The notes under the pieces were generated by a model, which was not told where the DNA came from, made no database searches, and saw only the letters and a list, made by a program, of their open reading frames with translations. Of a DNA stretch of 58,765 nucleotides, positions 54,821 through 58,765 are shown piece after piece (position 1 is the stretch's first letter; each line of letters begins with the position of its first letter). A program made the position numbers and the translations under genes. The DNA comes from a virus. Taxonomy: Duplodnaviria > Caudoviricetes. Where the stretch lies: IMG/VR virus record IMGVR_UViG_3300049828_000243, positions 1-58,765 of that record. One strand, 5' to 3'.

Positions 54821-55039
54821 ATGAAGCTGTACAAAGTACATGGAGTAGTGCGTACCGCGACCGACGCGTCGACGTTCTGCCAATGGGTCGGATCGCAGGC
54901 CGAGTGTGCGGCCGCACGCAAAGAGTTCATCGCTCGCGGCGGCAAGCGTGTCGACGCGCAGACCGACGAGGTCGTCGTGCCGACAGACAAGGTCGGGCTG
55001 CTGAAATTCCTCAATGAAATGAGCGGAGGCGCAGAATGA
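54821..55039 (+). CDS. Hypothetical protein
   Basis: GGAG RBS; coupled to the next gene. Confidence 0.7.
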   Translation: MKLYKVHGVVRTATDASTFCQWVGSQAECAAARKEFIARGGKRVDAQTDEVVVPTDKVGLLKFLNEMSGGAE

Positions 55040-55362
55040 GCGAGCAAACTCCGTTCGAGCGTACGTTTCCCGACGCCGTCAAAGTCCTGAACATCGCAGC
55101 GTCCGCCATCGGCGAACGCGCGGCCGAGCGCGATATGGACAAAGAGCGCTCCATGGCTACTGCCGTCGCTATGTTCAACGCATGGCGCGAAGACCGTTTC
55201 AACACGAACAACAAAACGTGCACGGCGAGCGAAGCGCTCACAGAGCGCGACGGCTGGATGTTCATGGTGTGCTTGAAGATGGCGCGTTCTCGCTTTGGCG
55301 GAAAGCTCGACGACTACATCGACGGCGCTGCGTACTTCGCGCTCGCGGCTGAGACGATCTAA
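55036..55362 (+). CDS. DUF6378-like all-alpha nucleotide hydrolase-related protein
   Basis: ER...GWMFMVCLKMAR...DDYIDGAAY. Confidence 0.75.
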   Translation: MSEQTPFERTFPDAVKVLNIAASAIGERAAERDMDKERSMATAVAMFNAWREDRFNTNNKTCTASEALTERDGWMFMVCLKMARSRFGGKLDDYIDGAAYFALAAETI

Positions 55363-55577
55363 TGTCGTCGCGCTCAACTCACATGCACACGTACAGTCGC
55401 TCTGACGTGTCGTCGAAGAACCAAGAGTCGAAGGAAATTGAGGAGGCGCTCGCGCGCTTCCTCAAGTCCGGAGGCAAAATCAAACATCTGCCCGGCCCGG
55501 GGCAAGGCACAGACATCTCTGTGCGCAAAGCGTCTATCCCAGCACCTATTCACCGTATGGCAAAAGGAGCTGTATGA
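55362..55577 (+). CDS. SutA RNAP-binding-domain-like protein
   Basis: EIEEALARFLKSGGKIKHLP recalls the SutA FLxxGGK(I/V) signature. Confidence 0.6.
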   Translation: MSSRSTHMHTYSRSDVSSKNQESKEIEEALARFLKSGGKIKHLPGPGQGTDISVRKASIPAPIHRMAKGAV

Positions 55578-56134
55578 GCGCCATCGTCGACAACTACCAA
55601 GAACGTGCCCACACCACGGCAATCTATCCAGAAGAACGCGGCGTCGAGTACACGGTGCTCGGACTCTGCAGTGAAATCGGCGAGATCGCCGGCAAGATCA
55701 AGAAGCAGATTCGCGACGGCTCGAAATGGAACGGCGAGCAACTTGAGGATTACCGCAAGGCTGTCCTGCACGAGGTCGGCGACGTACTGTGGTACGTCGC
55801 AGAGCTGTGCACGACAATGGGCATCAAGTTCAATACGGTCGTGTACGCCGCGCGCTCGTTCGAAGTTCCTCCTGTTACAAACGTCGGCCTATCGTTACGT
55901 CTGATCCTTACGTGCAGCATGCTTGCGTCGGTAGCGCTCGCACACGCCGAAAATGGCACGAGCGACGAGCTGAAAGAAGCCGTAACGCAGATGCTTATCC
56001 CTGTCGTGGCCGGTGTGCGTCGCATGTGCGAAATGTACAACGCCGACATCGAAATCGTTATGACGCTGAATTTGGGCAAGCTCGAAGCTCGCGCGCAAGC
56101 AGGCACGCTCGGAGGCAACGGTGATAATCGCTGA
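55574..56134 (+). CDS. MazG-like nucleotide pyrophosphohydrolase
   Basis: YQ..A..TAIYP, LGL.SEIGE...KIKK..RD, EVGDVLWY, N..KL..R...GTL.G.GDNR. Confidence 0.85.
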   Translation: MSAIVDNYQERAHTTAIYPEERGVEYTVLGLCSEIGEIAGKIKKQIRDGSKWNGEQLEDYRKAVLHEVGDVLWYVAELCTTMGIKFNTVVYAARSFEVPPVTNVGLSLRLILTCSMLASVALAHAENGTSDELKEAVTQMLIPVVAGVRRMCEMYNADIEIVMTLNLGKLEARAQAGTLGGNGDNR

Positions 56135-56351
56135 TGTGCTGCGCTGGATCGCGCATATGCTCGATCCGCGCCCGCCCGTAATGCTGCACGTTACGCACGA
56201 CAACGGCACGATCAACGTAATGTTGTTCTCGCCAATGACCGTGCAAGTACACGTAGACGGCGCAGACGAGGACAACACCGCACGTGAAGTTCCGGGCGGC
56301 GTGTGCATGTGCCATTCGTTCCACCTAGAAGTAAGGACGCCAGAGCAATGA
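56121..56351 (+). CDS. Hypothetical protein
   Basis: GGAGG RBS, GTG start. Confidence 0.55.
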   Translation: MIIADVLRWIAHMLDPRPPVMLHVTHDNGTINVMLFSPMTVQVHVDGADEDNTAREVPGGVCMCHSFHLEVRTPEQ

Positions 56352-56443
56352 GAAAGATACCGCTCAAAGTTTCGGAAGTGCTTGTGGACTTCGACATCGC
56401 CGCCGTGTGTTTTGCTGTTCTCAGCTTTTTGGTGAGCCAATGA
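56348..56443 (+). CDS. Tiny hydrophobic protein (31 aa; not in the ORF track)
   Basis: ATGA-coupled at both ends. Confidence 0.45.
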   Translation: MRKIPLKVSEVLVDFDIAAVCFAVLSFLVSQ

Positions 56444-56679
56444 TCGCAACAGTGTGCCTTGGCGTATCCCTTGCGTTTCTTGTGGCAGCCACATCCGCCA
56501 TGCTCAGTATCAACACCCAGTACCCGCAAGAGCCATCCGGGTCTGCGTTTGTAGACGCTATGATGGCGGTGGCTCGCGCTCGTGCGTTTCGCGCGTACGA
56601 AGTCACCGCGTTACTGGCTGGTGCTGCTGTCGTCGTGTCGTTCTACGCCGTGTTTTTCGGAGTAAGCCATGCAAGGTGA
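56440..56679 (+). CDS. Small two-TM membrane protein
   Basis: ATG 56440; two hydrophobic segments. Confidence 0.55.
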   Translation: MIATVCLGVSLAFLVAATSAMLSINTQYPQEPSGSAFVDAMMAVARARAFRAYEVTALLAGAAVVVSFYAVFFGVSHAR

Positions 56680-56959
56680 CGACGAATCGCTGCGTATGAC
56701 CGCAGGCATGTTGCAAGAGCAAGCGCACAGAATCCACGACTCGATTGAAGAACTCGTCGCTAAGCGCGTAGGAACGCCGTCAGAGGCAGCCGACTTAACG
56801 CGCGCACTTATCTTGGTAGAGCGCGCCATGGCGCTCGTTTCCAGTCTGGAGCCGATGGCAGCAAAAGACAGACTTGGCAACGAAATGACAGCTTCGCTCC
56901 ACGAGACAAAAGGCGTGCTTCTGAGCGCGCGCAACACACTGTTGAGGGTGCTAACTTGA
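56669..56959 (+). CDS. Hypothetical helical protein
   Basis: GGAG RBS. Confidence 0.6.
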   Translation: MQGDDESLRMTAGMLQEQAHRIHDSIEELVAKRVGTPSEAADLTRALILVERAMALVSSLEPMAAKDRLGNEMTASLHETKGVLLSARNTLLRVLT

Positions 56960-57375
56960 GCATCGACTGCCAGTACTGCGGCAAGCCCGCAGAGAAACGC
57001 ACAGGCAAGCAGGTGTACCCGCGTCGACCAGAGCTGTCGCACCGCTTTTATTGGGTCTGCGACGGATGCGAAGCGTACGTCGGCTGCTACGGCAAGACCG
57101 ACAAACCTATGGGTATCCTTGCCAACGCAGCGCTGCGTGCTGAAAAGCAAATTGCGCACGCCGCTTTTGACCCGATCTGGAAACGCGGATACGCCACTCG
57201 CGAGCAAGCGTACGCATGGCTAGCGCTCAAGCTAGGCCTCCCGCAAGGCGAATGCCATATCGGCACGATGCAGATGGACATGTGCGAAAAAGTCGTCGCC
57301 GTGTCCCGCAAGAAACTGCGCGAACTTGAAGACCGCCGCAACAATCCGAAACCAAAAACAGGAGCGCCGGCATGA
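56956..57375 (+). CDS. DUF3268-like zinc-finger protein
   Basis: CQYCG...WVC..CEAYVGC...G.LAN..LR...AH..FD..WK...AY.WLA..LG...CHIG. Confidence 0.85.
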   Translation: MSIDCQYCGKPAEKRTGKQVYPRRPELSHRFYWVCDGCEAYVGCYGKTDKPMGILANAALRAEKQIAHAAFDPIWKRGYATREQAYAWLALKLGLPQGECHIGTMQMDMCEKVVAVSRKKLRELEDRRNNPKPKTGAPA

Positions 57376-58019
57376 GCATGCCAACCGTAGGCCGCATCGT
57401 CCACTACTACCCTGTCACAAACGACATGTACTTGCAGCAAGACCGCAAGTCCGACACGCCGCTCGCCGCAGTGGTAGTCGGCCTCAATGGCACGTCGTTG
57501 AATCTAACCGTGTTCTCTCAACGCGGTGCTGCGCAAGCACGTTGTGGCATTCCGTTCGTTGAAGACGAGCCTACGCAAGCGCAAAAAATGAACGGCGGTT
57601 TCTGCGTCTGGCCGCCGATGGCAGTATCTGACGTGGCACCGCTGCGCACGGAAGCGCCGCGCCCGGTAACTACCATTACGCTGCCTGTTCCCGATGCGTC
57701 GCCTGACACTCCTGCGCCGCGTGTTACGCCAGCAGACATCGACAACGCGATTCTTCACGAAATCTACTTCTCGGCCGCAGACGGCGCGCTTGCCGTTGGC
57801 ATTCCGAGAGACAATCCGATGTCAGGTAGTTTGAAGCTCGTAACGTTCTGCGTGCTCATGCTGCGCAACGGTTACAAGGTCGTCGGCACGTCAGCGTGCG
57901 TCAGCGCCGCTAACTACGACGCCGTCAAGGGGCGGACACTCGCTCGCGAAGACGCTGTCGACAAGATGTGGTCGCTGCTCGGCTACGCACTCGCTGAGAA
58001 GCTTGCAAGCAAGCTCTGA
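57372..58019 (+). CDS. Two-domain protein: PTVGRIVHY domain plus N4 Gp49/Sf6 Gp66-family domain
   Basis: C-terminal TFCVL.LRNGY.V.G.SACVS..NYD...G...A..DA..K.W.L.GY; Pro-rich linker. Confidence 0.8.
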   Translation: MSMPTVGRIVHYYPVTNDMYLQQDRKSDTPLAAVVVGLNGTSLNLTVFSQRGAAQARCGIPFVEDEPTQAQKMNGGFCVWPPMAVSDVAPLRTEAPRPVTTITLPVPDASPDTPAPRVTPADIDNAILHEIYFSAADGALAVGIPRDNPMSGSLKLVTFCVLMLRNGYKVVGTSACVSAANYDAVKGRTLAREDAVDKMWSLLGYALAEKLASKL

Positions 58020-58021
58020 TC

Positions 58022-58189
58022 GTGTCCAAGAAACCGCAGCACAAAGACAAGGTAACCGGCGTGCACGCGTTCGGTGACTGGAAAATCATCAACTACTCGT
58101 ACTGCGCCAAGTGCGGTTTGATCTTGCTGCGCAACAAACAAACTGAGAAAGCTCGGGACAAGAAGTGCCCGGGCAGGGAGAGTGAGTAA
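58022..58189 (+). CDS. Small Cys/His protein (55 aa; not in the ORF track)
   Basis: GTG start; H.F...YCAKCGL..LRN..T...C; TAATG coupling to the next gene. Confidence 0.6.
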   Translation: MSKKPQHKDKVTGVHAFGDWKIINYSYCAKCGLILLRNKQTEKARDKKCPGRESE

Positions 58190-58548
58190 TGGCATGGATC
58201 GGTGTTGACTTGGATGGCACGCTGGCCGAATACGGCGGTTGGCGCGGGAAAGACCACATCGGAGCGCCAATCGCACCGATGGTTGCGCGTATCAAGAACT
58301 GGCTCGCGCAAGGTACAGAGGTGCGCGTCTTCACAGCGCGTGTGGCGGCCCCGCACGACGACGTGTTCGTCAAAGAATCTGTTGCGTTGATCCAAGCGTG
58401 GTGCTTGGAGCACATCGGCGTGGCGCTTCCAGTGACGTGCGAAAAAGACTTTGGAATGATCGAGCTGTGGGACGACCGCGCTGTGCGCGTTGTCTTCAAT
58501 ACAGGCGAAGCATGCTGCCATCATCACAAGGAGTTGCGCAATGGGTAA
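58189..58548 (+). CDS. HAD-superfamily phosphatase
   Basis: VDLDGTL motif I, FTAR, K, WDDRA. Confidence 0.85.
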   Translation: MAWIGVDLDGTLAEYGGWRGKDHIGAPIAPMVARIKNWLAQGTEVRVFTARVAAPHDDVFVKESVALIQAWCLEHIGVALPVTCEKDFGMIELWDDRAVRVVFNTGEACCHHHKELRNG

Positions 58549-58765
58549 GTTTGTAGAACCGCACGTGTTCATCGTCGCTGAGACGATGACGCACAAGCTC
58601 GCCATCGACGAAGCGCTGTCGCACCTTGGCGCAAGGCCTTGGGACTCCGACGCCGAGACGGACGCCGAGCTGCTCACGGAGTTCGCCGGTAAGTTGTGCT
58701 ACATGTCGTTCGACACGGCGCTCAACCAGAACCTAACCAGAGTAGGCGGCCGCAGTAACCACGAC
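58541..58765 (+). CDS. thyX: Flavin-dependent thymidylate synthase, N-terminal part (runs off the right edge)
   Basis: AAGGAG RBS; ELLTEFAGKLCYMSF matches the ThyX N-terminal motif; catalytic RHR motif not within the window. Confidence 0.7.
   Translation, partial: MGKFVEPHVFIVAETMTHKLAIDEALSHLGARPWDSDAETDAELLTEFAGKLCYMSFDTALNQNLTRVGGRSNHD

Larger units (their letters stand above)
1..58765. mobile_element. Tailed bacteriophage genome segment (podovirus-like, N4-gp56-type capsid; apparently lytic)
   Basis: TerL, portal, capsid, lysis cassette and replication genes in two divergent blocks; no host housekeeping genes; no integrase, tape measure or sheath recognised. Confidence 0.95.

Noticed and set aside
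54821-55039. Small protein ending SGGAE as a Pup/ubiquitin-like tag for the ARC-like ATPase
   Set aside because: Terminus is not GGE/GGQ/GG, the protein looks folded, and it is far from the ATPase and ligase
55036-56134. 2-aminoadenine (dZ) or other base-substitution pathway
   Set aside because: No PurZ, DatZ, deaminase or modification transferase recognised in the window; a MazG-like gene alone is insufficient
1-58765. Stop-codon reassignment, DGR/retron reverse transcriptase, integrase or tRNA genes
   Set aside because: Genes are intact under the standard code with all three stops used; no RT, recombinase or cloverleaf signature was recognised

Overview
The whole window is a large part of a tailed dsDNA phage genome, most likely a podovirus of a Gram-negative (probably proteobacterial) host, judged from its two-component spanins and a SutA-like protein. 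Two gene blocks diverge from a control region at about 27.5-29.2 kb. The minus-strand block (1-27465) is morphogenesis and lysis: tail and fibre genes, N4-gp56-like major capsid, scaffold, portal, TerL/TerS, holin-endolysin-spanins and a GTA-like head-spike pair. The plus-strand block (27873-58765) is early and replication genes: primase-helicase, Cas4-like nuclease, SNF2 helicase, family A polymerase, DEDDh exonuclease, two AAA+ ATPases, amidoligase plus class II glutamine amidotransferase, MazG-like, HAD and a truncated ThyX. No integrase, tRNA or CRISPR array was seen. The most unusual signals are: (1) a roughly 400-nt, densely base-paired candidate ncRNA (44237-44645) following an ARC/Mpa-like proteasomal ATPase and two Cys-rich paralogs; (2) a membrane-anchored PAS-domain protein translationally coupled inside the lysis cassette; (3) a tandem array of four diverged acidic paralogs; (4) an ungapped 34-bp motif upstream of three early genes; (5) an unknown domain fused to a Gp49/Gp66-family (candidate immune-signal sponge) domain. 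All family calls are by eye from motifs; no searches or folding programs were run.
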